IMG/VR virus record: IMGVR_UViG_3300027743_000027
Coordinates: 6,160-70,159 of that record
Direction: 5' to 3' (one strand)
From: a virus
DNA length: 64,000 bases
Shown piece by piece: positions 28,367 to 39,002 of the stretch (positions are counted from its first letter, which is position 1; every line of letters starts with the position of its first letter). The translations under genes and the position numbers were made by a program. A model generated the notes under the pieces. That model was given only the letters and a program-made list of their open reading frames with translations, was not told the DNA's origin and searched no databases.

Positions 28367-31300
28367 ATGCCCATCGACACGGGCCTGTGGACCGTCTGGG
28401 GCACGGGCACGCAGGACGAATCTGGCGGCACGCTGAACCAGACGCCGTCGGGTGTGGCCGGGCAGTACATCGGCATCTATAGCAACGCCACCTTCGACCT
28501 GACCAACAAGGAAGTCCAGGCGCAGATCGCCCAGCTTCCAAGCTCTGCGACAGGCGTCCAGGCGGTCTTCCGCGTCGAGATCGACGCCAACAACGCGGTG
28601 ACCATGTGCTACAGCGACGGCCAGTTGCTGTGCCAGCACCAGATCGCCAGCACGATGACCAACGTCAGCCTGCAGGCCTGGACGGCCAACACGCTGGCGT
28701 TCCGCATCAACTTCGACAACACGCAGAGCCTGGTCTGGTTCGACATCTACGTCGCGGGTAGCGGCTGGGTCAACAAGTTCTACGAGGCGCTGCCGATAGC
28801 CACCACGGCGCTGCGAATCAGCATCGCCACGGGCTGCTACGCCACGGTCGGCTCGCCTGGCACGACCAAGTGGGAAAGCACGGGCCTGCCGATTGTCCGC
28901 AACCTCGTGGCCTCGAGCGCGGGCACCGCCACGGCGGCAGGCGCGACCTCACGCCGTCGTGCCCTGACGGGCTCGAGCACGGGCGCCGCGACGGCTGCCG
29001 CCACCATCCGCCGAGGCAAGTCGGTCGGCAGCGTCTCGAGCGCGGGTGTGGCGACGGCGGCCAGCACGCCGAGCAGGCGGCGCTCGTTGGGCTCGCGGAC
29101 GACCGCAGGCGTGGCGACCGCTGCGGCGACGATCAGCAAGACCAGCGGTGCGCCGCCCGAGGACGTTTACGGCGACCTGATCCGTGGCGAGCCAAGTCTG
29201 ACGGTCTACTGGCCGATGCACGAGGCCGCGGGCGCGGGGCTGATCAACGATGAGGTCGGCAGCACCGACCTGACTATCTTCAGCGGCGTCACGCAGGGCG
29301 TCGCCAGCGGCATCCCGGGCGACTCGAGCCCGACGTCGATTCGCCTCGATGGCACGGTCAACAGCCGGGTGATGAACACCAACCCGACCGACATCGTGGC
29401 CTTGGCAACGACGAACTTCACCTTCGAGTGGTGGTTCTTCCAGACCGCTGCCGATAACGCGGCAAACCAGTCCTGGGGCGCGCCGTTCTTCGAGTTCGGT
29501 GACGGTGCCAGCAACATCGGCCTGAACGCCTGGAACTACGACTCGCTGACCAAGTTCTACGTCGGGCTGACGCCCACGCAGGCGATGTCGGCCGCAGGCG
29601 TCACGACGACCGATGCCTGGCAGCACTATGCCGTTGTCCGCAACGGCCTCAATGGCATCCTGTACGTCGACGGGGTAGAGGTTGTCCGCGTCACTGATGT
29701 CGGCACGACGCAGATCCTGAACTGGCGTTTCCAGCTTGGCTTCCGCGAGACACCCGACTACGGCGGCCAGTACCTCTACCGACGCGGCTGGTTCACCCAG
29801 GTGGCGGTCTACGATGCCGCGCTCAGCCCGCTGACCATCGCCACGCACCACGCCGTTGGCATGGGCGAGGAGCTACCGCAGCCGAGCCCCACCGAGTGGC
29901 AGAGCATCCAGGGTGAGGTGCCCAACCCGGCAGGCGCCGACGAGTACGGCTACAACGCCATCGCCGTCGACGCCTTCACCCCGGACACGGTCTACCTGGG
30001 CACCAACCACCAGGGCATCTGGCGCTCGACCGACGCGGGCCTGACCTGGGCATACCGCAGCACGGGCACGGGCTCGAGCCAACTGCTGGGCGGCGGCAAC
30101 TGGACGCTGGCGGTCGATCCGTTCAACGGCGCCATCTACACCACCGTCGGCCACGGCGCGCAGGGCGTCTGGAAGTCGACCGACGGCGGCGTCAACTGGG
30201 TCGATACGTTCAACAGCACGATCAGCACGCTGGTCGGCACCAACGACATCTACACCATCTCGGCCGACCCGCACCTCGAGGATCACCTGCTGGTCACCTT
30301 CCACTACTACTGGACCAACCCCGTCCCGGACAGTGGCTCGGGCATCTGCGAGAGCTTCGACGGCGGCGCGACGTGGACGGCGCACTTCCCGCCCGCGGGC
30401 TCAGCCTGGGGCGCAGGCAACGGCGTCTGGTTCGGCAACGACAGCAACACGTGGGTCTTCGGCAGCCAGAACGACGGCTTCTGGATCACGCACGACGGTG
30501 GCGACACGTGGGCGCAGTGGACCGCGCTGACGATGGCGCACGGCGCCACGCACGCGCTCACGCGCACGCCCAGCGGCGTCCTGCTGGTGGCCGTCGACCA
30601 GACCGTCTTCCGCTCGACTGACAACGGCTACACCTGGGTCAACGTCGGCACGGGCCTGAGCGGCGGCTACTTCCAGGCGGTGGCCAGCGACGGCGTCAAC
30701 ATGTTCACCGCCGCCGCGTTCCCGACCAACGGCGATAACGGCGACCACCCGTGGCTGAGCAAGGCTGTCCTGGCATCCGCGGGCACGGCCTGGACGACCT
30801 TCGGCCCGGCGCCCATGTCGGCCGAGGGCCAGCGCAACGGCCCGGTCCAGGCCGCCTTCGACACCGTCACGGGCGTCATCTACACGGCCAACTGGCGCGG
30901 CGGCGTGTGGCGCCTGCAGGGGACGCCACCCGAGCCAGGCGCGCTACCACCTGTGACGGCTACGGGTGGCGCGGTGGCCAGCGCGGCGATCTCGGGCGGC
31001 TCGACGCCCGCCACCGACTTCCTCACCGACACCTTCACCGACGCCGACGGTACCAACATCGGTGCGCACACGCCCACGACGGGCGGTGCCTGGGTGGTTC
31101 AGATGTGGAATCCCGAGGACGGTCTCGAGATCGGCATCTACAGCAACACGCTGACCTGCGAGCCCTTCGGCCAGCGCCACGCGCTGAACCTGGCCACGCC
31201 ACCCGCCGCCGACTACGAGGTCCAGGCGCAGATCAAGTGCAACGGTAGCGACGACAACAAGGTCGGCGTCCGCCTGCGCGGCCAGAACGCCGCGGGCTTC

Positions 31301-34102
31301 AACCCGCCGAGCTACGTGGCCATGTTCGATGCGCAGGTCATGACGTGGAAGCTGCTGGGCTGGGACGGCGGTCAGGTCGAGCGCGGCACATGGGCCGATA
31401 GCGGCTTCACCACGGGCGTGACCCGGAGTGTCAGGCTGAAGGCCACGGGCAGCCTGCTCGAGGTCTACGTCGACAGCACGCTGCGGATCAGCGCGACCGA
31501 CACGGGCCTGAGCGCGACAGGCTACGCCGGGGTGTGGATGGAGGGCGGCGGCCGCTACGTCTACGTCCTCGACAACATCCGCGCTGGCGGCGAGGAGGAG
31601 GTCGGCCCGGGCTACAAGGATCTGAGCGGCTCGAGCGCGGGCCAGGCGACCTGCGCAGGCGCCATCTCGGGCGGCGCGGTGGCCCCGCCGGGCGCCTACG
31701 AACTGGTGGCGCAGGTTCGAGGCCGCTCGCCAGGCTCGCCCTTCGGCACGCTCTTCACGACCACCGACATCGACACCACGGGTGCCAACCTGCTGCTCGC
31801 CTGCTACGTGCACAACGAGAACCCGCCGCCCGTGCTCAGCGACAGCAAGGGCAACACCTGGCTCGAGGGCGTCTCGAACACGGCCTTCTGGGGCGCCCGG
31901 ATCTACTACGTCAAGGCCGCGGGCATCAGCGTCGGCCCGGGCCACACCTTCAAGCTCGAGGTGCCAGGCAGCCCCGATGCGACCTTCTTCGGCAACCTGC
32001 AGGTTTACGCCTTCAAGGGTGCCGACGCGAACCCGCTCGACGACACCAATCAGGAGACCAGCTTCGGCACCACCACGCTGCAGCCTGGCCCGGTCGACCC
32101 GACCACCGACGGCCAACTGATCATCACCGTCCTGAACCACAACCGCAGCGTGGCGCCGACGATCAACGCGGGCTTCACGACGCCCTACGGCTACGTGGAG
32201 GGCGACTACTTCGGCTATCTCGGCGCGCACTCGAGCTACCTGCTGCAGCCCACCGCCGCGACCAGCGACCCGACATGGACAGGCACTGACGGCAGCTACT
32301 ACGGCGCCATCGCCAGCTTCAAGGCAGGCGTCGCGGGCGGCCCGATCTACAAGAACCTGAGCGGTACCAGCAACGGCGTGGCCAGCAGCCCGCTGCTCGA
32401 GCCCAGCCGCCAGCGGCCGCTCGTGGCGACCGCGAGCGCCAGCAGCACGACCACGGCGAGCCTCTCGCGCAAGCGGCGGATCGCGGCTGCGGCGCAGGCC
32501 AATGGCACGGCAACCACGACAGCCAGCGTCGCCCGGCGCGTGCCACTGGGCGTGCGCACGAGCGCGGGCGTGGCGACCACGAGCGCGGTGGCCTCGCGGC
32601 AGCGGCGCCTGGCGTCCGTGCAGAGCGCGGGTATCGCCACCACCACGGCCGCGCCCGCTCGCCGCCGAGCGCTGAACGCGCTCAGCCAGGGTAGCGCCAG
32701 CGTCCTGGCGCTGCTCACCAAGAGCAGCCCGACCGTGCCACCTGTGAGCATCACGGGTGCCGCCACCACGACGGCGCAGGCGAGTCGCAGGCGCCGGGTC
32801 GGGCCAGTCAGTGCGAATGGCCTGGCGACGGTGAGCGGCACGGCCAGCAAGGTCACGCCGACTGTTACGCCCGCCCCGGCGAACGGCCTGGCGACCGCCA
32901 CGGCGCTCCTGTCCCGACGGCGGACACCAGGCCTGGTCAGCAGTGTAGGCCTCGCCAGCACCACCGCCACCGCCTCGCGCCGCAGGCCGCTGGCTGCGCT
33001 GAGCGCGGGCACCTCGAGCACGGTGGCCGCCGTTGGCCGCAGGCGCACGCTGACGGCTGTCTCGAGCGCGGGCGTGGCGACCACCGCGGGTCGGCTGACG
33101 AAGCCGCTGGCGGCCATCCTGAGCGCAGGCAAGGCCACGGTCGTGGGCTTCGCCTACAAGGTCACGCCGCAGGTGCCACCCGTGTTGAGCGCAGGCCGAG
33201 CGACCGTCACGGGCAGCGTCGGCAATCGCCGCCTGCTGGGCACGATCTCGAGCGCGGGCAAGGCCACCACCACGGCGACCACGACGCGCAAGCGCTCGCT
33301 CAGCGTCGCCAGCCTGGGCGTCGCGAGCACGACGGCCACGGCCTCACGCCAGCGGCGCCTGGCGCCTGTGGCCACTGCGGGTGTGGCCAGCCCGACCGCT
33401 GCGCCAGCCCGGCGGCGGCCACTGCTGGCGAGCACCGCAGGTGTGGCCACGACCACGGCGGTCCTGGCAGGCGGCGCGCTGCGCGTCACCAGTGCAGGCC
33501 TGGCCACCACGACGGCGCAGGTGGCCGCTCGCAGGCGCCTGGCAGGCACCAGTGCGGCCGCGAGCACCACCAGTGCCAGCATCGTCCGCAAGCGCTCCCT
33601 GGGCTCGCGCAGCACGCTTGGCCAGGCCACCACGACCGCCGTGCTATCCAAGACGCGAGCCACGATCAGCGGCACGAGCGCAGGCAAGACGACTGTCACG
33701 GCGGTGCCGAGCCGCAGGCGCACGCTCGCGGGCTCGACGAGCGCAGGCCAGGCGACGGTCAGCGTCACGTTGATCAAGGGCCGCGCCCGCGACCTCGTGG
33801 CCGCCAGCACGGGCACCTCGAGCACGCTGGGCAAGACGACAGCGCGGCGCTGGATCGGCCTGATCACCATCGTCGTCGGCACTTCGAGCAGCAGCAGCAG
33901 CCTCAAGGTCAAGCGCTCGCTCAGCGGCACCAGCGCCGGGCGAACCATCGCCGCGGGCTCGCTGGGTGTCACCATCGGCCAGGTGCAGGTGTTCTGGAAC
34001 ACGCCTGGCGAGCAGTTCGTCTTCGCCCCGACGCCTGGCCTCGCAGAAGTAACCTGGGGCGTCGAGAGCGACCAGTTCATGCCCGGTGAGGTCAGCGTGT
34101 GA
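28367..34102 (+). CDS. Large multidomain fibre/adhesin (1911 aa): LamG/ConA-like domains, BNR-type beta-propeller and ~21-aa Ala/Thr/Ser/Arg repeats
   Basis: YWPMHE...FTFEWW...WQHYAVV..LYVDG...VAVYDAALS (LamG); repeated S.D.G.TW Asp-boxes; many S.G.ATTTA..SRRR.L repeats. Confidence 0.8.
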   Translation: MPIDTGLWTVWGTGTQDESGGTLNQTPSGVAGQYIGIYSNATFDLTNKEVQAQIAQLPSSATGVQAVFRVEIDANNAVTMCYSDGQLLCQHQIASTMTNVSLQAWTANTLAFRINFDNTQSLVWFDIYVAGSGWVNKFYEALPIATTALRISIATGCYATVGSPGTTKWESTGLPIVRNLVASSAGTATAAGATSRRRALTGSSTGAATAAATIRRGKSVGSVSSAGVATAASTPSRRRSLGSRTTAGVATAAATISKTSGAPPEDVYGDLIRGEPSLTVYWPMHEAAGAGLINDEVGSTDLTIFSGVTQGVASGIPGDSSPTSIRLDGTVNSRVMNTNPTDIVALATTNFTFEWWFFQTAADNAANQSWGAPFFEFGDGASNIGLNAWNYDSLTKFYVGLTPTQAMSAAGVTTTDAWQHYAVVRNGLNGILYVDGVEVVRVTDVGTTQILNWRFQLGFRETPDYGGQYLYRRGWFTQVAVYDAALSPLTIATHHAVGMGEELPQPSPTEWQSIQGEVPNPAGADEYGYNAIAVDAFTPDTVYLGTNHQGIWRSTDAGLTWAYRSTGTGSSQLLGGGNWTLAVDPFNGAIYTTVGHGAQGVWKSTDGGVNWVDTFNSTISTLVGTNDIYTISADPHLEDHLLVTFHYYWTNPVPDSGSGICESFDGGATWTAHFPPAGSAWGAGNGVWFGNDSNTWVFGSQNDGFWITHDGGDTWAQWTALTMAHGATHALTRTPSGVLLVAVDQTVFRSTDNGYTWVNVGTGLSGGYFQAVASDGVNMFTAAAFPTNGDNGDHPWLSKAVLASAGTAWTTFGPAPMSAEGQRNGPVQAAFDTVTGVIYTANWRGGVWRLQGTPPEPGALPPVTATGGAVASAAISGGSTPATDFLTDTFTDADGTNIGAHTPTTGGAWVVQMWNPEDGLEIGIYSNTLTCEPFGQRHALNLATPPAADYEVQAQIKCNGSDDNKVGVRLRGQNAAGFNPPSYVAMFDAQVMTWKLLGWDGGQVERGTWADSGFTTGVTRSVRLKATGSLLEVYVDSTLRISATDTGLSATGYAGVWMEGGGRYVYVLDNIRAGGEEEVGPGYKDLSGSSAGQATCAGAISGGAVAPPGAYELVAQVRGRSPGSPFGTLFTTTDIDTTGANLLLACYVHNENPPPVLSDSKGNTWLEGVSNTAFWGARIYYVKAAGISVGPGHTFKLEVPGSPDATFFGNLQVYAFKGADANPLDDTNQETSFGTTTLQPGPVDPTTDGQLIITVLNHNRSVAPTINAGFTTPYGYVEGDYFGYLGAHSSYLLQPTAATSDPTWTGTDGSYYGAIASFKAGVAGGPIYKNLSGTSNGVASSPLLEPSRQRPLVATASASSTTTASLSRKRRIAAAAQANGTATTTASVARRVPLGVRTSAGVATTSAVASRQRRLASVQSAGIATTTAAPARRRALNALSQGSASVLALLTKSSPTVPPVSITGAATTTAQASRRRRVGPVSANGLATVSGTASKVTPTVTPAPANGLATATALLSRRRTPGLVSSVGLASTTATASRRRPLAALSAGTSSTVAAVGRRRTLTAVSSAGVATTAGRLTKPLAAILSAGKATVVGFAYKVTPQVPPVLSAGRATVTGSVGNRRLLGTISSAGKATTTATTTRKRSLSVASLGVASTTATASRQRRLAPVATAGVASPTAAPARRRPLLASTAGVATTTAVLAGGALRVTSAGLATTTAQVAARRRLAGTSAAASTTSASIVRKRSLGSRSTLGQATTTAVLSKTRATISGTSAGKTTVTAVPSRRRTLAGSTSAGQATVSVTLIKGRARDLVAASTGTSSTLGKTTARRWIGLITIVVGTSSSSSSLKVKRSLSGTSAGRTIAAGSLGVTIGQVQVFWNTPGEQFVFAPTPGLAEVTWGVESDQFMPGEVSV

Positions 34103-36600
34103 GAACCCTTGTCCCGAATGAGATGCTGCTCAACCCGGCGGTCGGGCTGCTATCTGCGCCCAGCCCGGCTGGGCCGCTGACCATCTCGAGTACCACCAGC
34201 CTGGTCGGCAGCCTGAGCGTCAGCGGCCTGATCACGGGCAGCGGCAGCGTCCCGGCGGGCGGCTCGAGCGGTCAGGTGCTGGCCAAGAGCAGCGCGGCGG
34301 ACTATGCGCTGGGCTGGACCACGCCGTCGCCGGGCCTGACGATGCCGCTGACCCAGCCGCTGACCTTCAGCCCGGACAGCACGCACGACATCGGCAGCAC
34401 GGCGACGCTGCGCCCTCGCGACCTGTTCCTGGCCCGCAGCGCTGTCGTGGGCGGCACCTCGAGGCTCGTCGGCACGGTCACCTACGGCGCGGACGCCACC
34501 GCGCCGCCGATCTCCCGGGCGCCGCAGTTCGCGCCCCGGGATCTGTCGCACGAGGCACCTGGCGGGTACAGCATGTTTTCGGGCCGAGATGGCACCAATG
34601 CCTGCGCGAACCTGTACTGGGACGGCAGCAACTACCAGCGCTACAACGTCGCTCAGCCCAGCACGATGTGGGGACTCGGGCCGAACAATGGCTTCACCGT
34701 CTACGCTGTCGCAGCGGGTGCGAACCCGGCGTCGACACTGAACACCGTCTTCAACGTCACGAACGCCGGGGTAGCAACGCTCTACAACAGCCTGCTGTTT
34801 GGCACCGACAACGCTCTCGACATCGGCCAGAACGGCGCGGCCCGCCCGCGAGACGTCTACGTTGGCCGCAACCTGAACGTCGCGGGCGTCGCCACCGTGC
34901 AAGACGAGGGCGCCGACACGCCCAGCCTGGTCAACCAGGGCATGACTGCCTTGGGCGGCAGGATCAACATCGGCGGCACGGGCGGCGGCGACCGTATCGG
35001 CTGGATGCTGACCGGGATCAATACGCCCTCGCAGACGATCATGAACGGCTCGACGCAGGTGCTGTGGTATGCCGAGTACTGGAGCAACGACCTGGCGACC
35101 AGCGACACCCGCGGCATGGACTTCGGCGTCATCGGCCCGCCGACGGTCAAGCCCAACGCACTGACAGTGCTGCGCATTCGCGGTGTCGGCGCTCGAGCGC
35201 AGGGACCGAACTACGCCACGGGTATCCGCATCGAGCCGATCAACAACGGCACGCTCGAGAACTGGGGCCTCGATATCGCCGCGCCAGGCACGTCGGCGCC
35301 CACGGCCTACGGCATCCGCAACGAAGGCAAGGCCTGGTTCAAGGGCCAGGTCGATATCGGCCCCGACGGCACCGCTGCCAATCGCCCGATCATCAGGACC
35401 GTCCCGGGCTACACCCAGTCGCTGAGCATCGAGGTGAAGCAATACGCGTTCATCGGGTCGGCCAATGGCTCGCACCTGTGTGGCAATGCGTACTGGGACG
35501 GTAGCTGGCAGCGCTTCAACGTCGCGACGCCCGCGAGCCTGATGGTCGCTTCGGGCGACGGCACCATCCAGATCCAGCAAGCCGCCGCGGGGGCAAACCC
35601 GATTGGCACGTGGGCGGTGATCCTGGCCGTCAACCCCACAGGCATTGTGCAGTTCAAGCGGGTTGGGACAATGGCCGATCCGACCATCGAGATTCCCTGG
35701 CAGGGCTGGCTCAGCACGCGGACCTCGAGTGGCGGCTTGAACCCGATGCTCTCCACGACGGGCGATGATTACGTCGCGCTCTACTGCGGCCCGACCGGGC
35801 TGCTCTTCACCAACTACAACAACACGCTCCGCATCGGCACGCTCGACAACGGTGGCAACCTGTCGGTCAATGGCCAGGTGCAAGGCGCCTCGCTGAACAT
35901 CACCCCCGGCGGCGGGTCGTTCGCTGGCCGAACGAACTTCTTCGGCGCGACCACCACGGGCATCGCCACGACCGCCGCGAGCCAAGGCTCGCTCGAGGTC
36001 CAGCCGTCGGGCGGTGGCGCGGCGATGATCTGCTTCCACCGCCCCGGCGCGTTCGCGACGTACTTCGGCGTCGACACCGACAGCATCTTCCGCGTCGGCG
36101 GCTGGAGTATGGGCGCGGCAGCCTACCGCCTCATCCTGGGCGACGGCTATCCGAGCAACCCCAGCCTGGGCCTCAACGGCGCCAACGTTGGCACGAACGG
36201 CGTGATCTTCTCGTGTCACGCCAACCTGTACGGCGGCGTCTACTACTCGACCAGCGGGGCGTTTGTGGCCTGGCCCAGCGAAGGCCGCTTCAAGGCGCGT
36301 CAGGCGGCGCTGCCAGACCCGCTGGCGCTGCTCGAGCGGCCCGCGATCAGCTATCGCCAGCCGTCGGTTGCCTGGGCCGACGGTGAGGCGCTGGTGAGCA
36401 GCGCCGAGGACGGTGAGCCGTCCTGGGGCTTTCGCGCCGAGGACTGGCGCGACATCCCGGAGCTTGTCCAGCCTGGGCCCGCCGGGATCGACAGCTTCAA
36501 CCTGACGGGCATGATCCCGCTGACCTGGGACGCCGTCCGGGCGATCTACGCCGAACTCGTGACGCTACGCCACCGCGTCGAAGAATTGGAGCGCGCATGA
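34099..36600 (+). CDS. Tail fibre protein with a possible degenerate S74-like C-terminal chaperone
   Basis: PAGGSSGQVLAKSSAADY; duplicated DIG...RPRD and N.YWDG..QR.NVA modules; C-terminal S..RFK...WGFRAED...PELV plus coiled coil. Confidence 0.75.
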   Translation: MRTLVPNEMLLNPAVGLLSAPSPAGPLTISSTTSLVGSLSVSGLITGSGSVPAGGSSGQVLAKSSAADYALGWTTPSPGLTMPLTQPLTFSPDSTHDIGSTATLRPRDLFLARSAVVGGTSRLVGTVTYGADATAPPISRAPQFAPRDLSHEAPGGYSMFSGRDGTNACANLYWDGSNYQRYNVAQPSTMWGLGPNNGFTVYAVAAGANPASTLNTVFNVTNAGVATLYNSLLFGTDNALDIGQNGAARPRDVYVGRNLNVAGVATVQDEGADTPSLVNQGMTALGGRINIGGTGGGDRIGWMLTGINTPSQTIMNGSTQVLWYAEYWSNDLATSDTRGMDFGVIGPPTVKPNALTVLRIRGVGARAQGPNYATGIRIEPINNGTLENWGLDIAAPGTSAPTAYGIRNEGKAWFKGQVDIGPDGTAANRPIIRTVPGYTQSLSIEVKQYAFIGSANGSHLCGNAYWDGSWQRFNVATPASLMVASGDGTIQIQQAAAGANPIGTWAVILAVNPTGIVQFKRVGTMADPTIEIPWQGWLSTRTSSGGLNPMLSTTGDDYVALYCGPTGLLFTNYNNTLRIGTLDNGGNLSVNGQVQGASLNITPGGGSFAGRTNFFGATTTGIATTAASQGSLEVQPSGGGAAMICFHRPGAFATYFGVDTDSIFRVGGWSMGAAAYRLILGDGYPSNPSLGLNGANVGTNGVIFSCHANLYGGVYYSTSGAFVAWPSEGRFKARQAALPDPLALLERPAISYRQPSVAWADGEALVSSAEDGEPSWGFRAEDWRDIPELVQPGPAGIDSFNLTGMIPLTWDAVRAIYAELVTLRHRVEELERA

Positions 36601-36890
36601 CCATCCCCGAGACTCCCCCACCGCCCGCGGTGACAGGCACCGCGCCACGCACCGCCGATGAGGTCAACGGCATCATCGGCCTGCACCTGCGCCAGTTCAA
36701 GTCGCTCAAGGCGATCATCGGCAACGATCAGGAGTGGCTGGTCGCCTGCGACCTGCAGGCCGCCCCATACCACTTCACGGCCGATCAGGAGACGCTGCTC
36801 AAGAGCGCCATCTTCGGCCTGGACACCTCGCTCGACGGCGTCGATATGACTTTCATCAACCGCCTGGTGGGCATGTTCGGGTCGCTCTAG
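36597..36890 (+). CDS. Small hypothetical protein (possible fibre chaperone)
   Basis: ATGA-coupled to the fibre gene. Confidence 0.55.
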   Translation: MTIPETPPPPAVTGTAPRTADEVNGIIGLHLRQFKSLKAIIGNDQEWLVACDLQAAPYHFTADQETLLKSAIFGLDTSLDGVDMTFINRLVGMFGSL

Positions 36891-36893
36891 GCC

Positions 36894-37373
36894 ATGACGA
36901 TGACCCAGCCGTTGTTCCCGACGATTCCGAATCCGCCGCCGCCGAGCACCAGCGTCCGCAGCCCGATCTCGCCGCGGGCGTTCCTGCCGACGGTGCGGAT
37001 CGACTGGAACACGGTCAACGGCCCGGACTGGAACATCAACACGCTGGGGCAGATCGGCATCGCCACGCGGGCGCAGGGCTGGGCGCAGGACGGCATCGTC
37101 GCCTCACTGACGCAGCGCGGCGCGCATCTGGTCTTCCCGCTGTGGTTCGGCTGGGACATCGAGCGGGCGCTGCTGCGCGAGACGCACGCGCAGGTCGAGG
37201 CCGACATCAAGCGCGGCCTGCTGTACGCCTGGACGCGCTGCACGCAGGGCCGCACCATCGACGTCCAGCAGTTCGGCTTCGAGTGGGACGGCGACCGCGT
37301 GACCGTCTCGTTTCTGCCCATTCCGACGGCCGAGCTAGGGCTGCACGGCGTCCGCCTCGAGGTGACCTACTAG
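36894..37373 (+). CDS. Baseplate wedge protein (XkdS/DUF2634, gp25-like)
   Basis: W....L.TQRG.HL.F...FG.DIE...RT.DV.QF.FEWDGD. Confidence 0.75.
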   Translation: MTMTQPLFPTIPNPPPPSTSVRSPISPRAFLPTVRIDWNTVNGPDWNINTLGQIGIATRAQGWAQDGIVASLTQRGAHLVFPLWFGWDIERALLRETHAQVEADIKRGLLYAWTRCTQGRTIDVQQFGFEWDGDRVTVSFLPIPTAELGLHGVRLEVTY

Positions 37374-38995
37374 TGACGTTCCCACCCGAGATCGAGATCA
37401 ATCAAAACGCCGACGTGATCCTGGCGCGGATGAAGTCGAACGATGCCATGATCGGCATCGACACCAGCCCCAACAGCCCGATGAACATGGCGCTGGCGCC
37501 TGTCAGCATCGAGCTAGCCGAGGCCTACCGCCAACTCGAGGCGATGCTGTGGCGCAACCGCCTGGTCGGGCCCGAGGGCGAGGTGGCCAGCGGCGACGAC
37601 CTCGACGCCGTGGGCGACGAGCGCGGCATCTACCGCCTGCCTGGCATCCAGGCCACGGGCATCGTCCGCTTCCTGGGCCCGAGCGGCACGGCCATCGCGG
37701 CCAACACGGTGGTCACCACGCTGGGGCCGAACGTGCGGCGCTACACGACCGACGCGGCGGTGGTCATCCCGGTGGGCGAGGAGGTCGACGTGGCGGCCAC
37801 GGCCATCGAGGTGGGCACCTCGAGTAACGTGCCCGCGGGCGCCATCCAGCTACTCGAGATCCCGATCACGCGTACCCGGGTGACCAATCCCGACGCCTTT
37901 CGCGGCGGCGTGGACGTCGAGAACGATGACGCCTACCGCGCTCGCGTTGTCGAGTTCGTCCGCGATCCGCCGAACGGCAGCAACCCGGCGCAGTACCGCA
38001 AGTGGGCGCGAGACATCCCGGGTGTCGGCGGCGCGATCACGCTGCGGCCAGGCGAGGTCGACGCGGGCCCACCCGGCACGGTCGACCTGTACATCGTGAA
38101 CGCGCTGATGCTGCCCGCCGAGCAGGCGCTGGTCGACGCCGTGCAGGACTACATCGCGCCGCCGCGCATCATCACCGTCCAGGCCGAGGTCTTTACCATC
38201 GGTAATGCCAACGGCGTCAGCAACGTCAGCCAGCCCGGCGCCACGGGTCAGGCCGTCAGGCTGGCCTACAGCGCGGCTGGCCAGGGCGAGATCCACTACC
38301 GCCCGACGCTGGTCCAGGGCGGCAACTGGACCGCTCGCGTGCGTCTCGAGGCCAGCGCGGTGGCGGGCACGACCAGCCTGCTGCAGATCCACGCCTACAA
38401 CGTCACGGGCGGCGTCATCGCGCCCGACGAGGCGGGCCACGCCGACGGCACCTCGAGCAAGACGCTGCGCGCCGTGGACATGAGCCTGACGTGGGTCGAC
38501 TTCACCGTGCCCTTCTACTGGAATGGCACCGACATCATCGAGCTATACCTGACCCGGCTGGCCACCGACACGACCACCGAGGTCTTCGTCGACAGCGTCA
38601 CCTGGCGCTCGCGCTTCAGCAACTACGAACTCGAGGGCCTGGCGCCGATCCTCGACGAGGTCCGCGTGAAGCCCGCCATCGGGCGGCCCATCGACGTCGC
38701 GGCCAGCATCCACATCCAGCCCGGCTACGCCTGGACGGGCACGGGCAGCGTCCAGAGCCTGGTCGCGGCCGCGCTCAACGCCTACCTGCGCGAGCAGGCG
38801 CTGGCCAACGCGACCTCGCCCAGCACGGCCGTCAACGACATCATCTACGGCGAGATCGGCGCGGTCATCCAGGCCACGCCGGGCGTCGACTACTACGACC
38901 CCGTCACGCTCCGAGTGAACGGCGCCACGGCCAACATCAGCGTCGCCAAGCGCGAGGTCGCGGTGCCCGGCGTCTACACGTTCACCCAAATCTAG
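37373..38995 (+). CDS. Baseplate J-like protein (XkdT-like) with an internal extra beta-sandwich domain
   Basis: ASGDDLD....RGI.R...ATG; GG.D.E.D..YR.R; GSN..QY..WA..IPGV; GPPGTV; IIYGEIG..I...PGV..Y. Confidence 0.9.
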   Translation: MTFPPEIEINQNADVILARMKSNDAMIGIDTSPNSPMNMALAPVSIELAEAYRQLEAMLWRNRLVGPEGEVASGDDLDAVGDERGIYRLPGIQATGIVRFLGPSGTAIAANTVVTTLGPNVRRYTTDAAVVIPVGEEVDVAATAIEVGTSSNVPAGAIQLLEIPITRTRVTNPDAFRGGVDVENDDAYRARVVEFVRDPPNGSNPAQYRKWARDIPGVGGAITLRPGEVDAGPPGTVDLYIVNALMLPAEQALVDAVQDYIAPPRIITVQAEVFTIGNANGVSNVSQPGATGQAVRLAYSAAGQGEIHYRPTLVQGGNWTARVRLEASAVAGTTSLLQIHAYNVTGGVIAPDEAGHADGTSSKTLRAVDMSLTWVDFTVPFYWNGTDIIELYLTRLATDTTTEVFVDSVTWRSRFSNYELEGLAPILDEVRVKPAIGRPIDVAASIHIQPGYAWTGTGSVQSLVAAALNAYLREQALANATSPSTAVNDIIYGEIGAVIQATPGVDYYDPVTLRVNGATANISVAKREVAVPGVYTFTQI

Positions 38996-39002
38996 GACAG
39001 CC

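Noticed and set aside
32350-33970. Periodic repeats considered as a CRISPR array or DGR template/variable repeats
   Set aside because: They are degenerate protein-level repeats inside a CDS. There are no identical direct repeats with spacers, no adenine-specific variant pair, and no cas or reverse transcriptase gene in the window.
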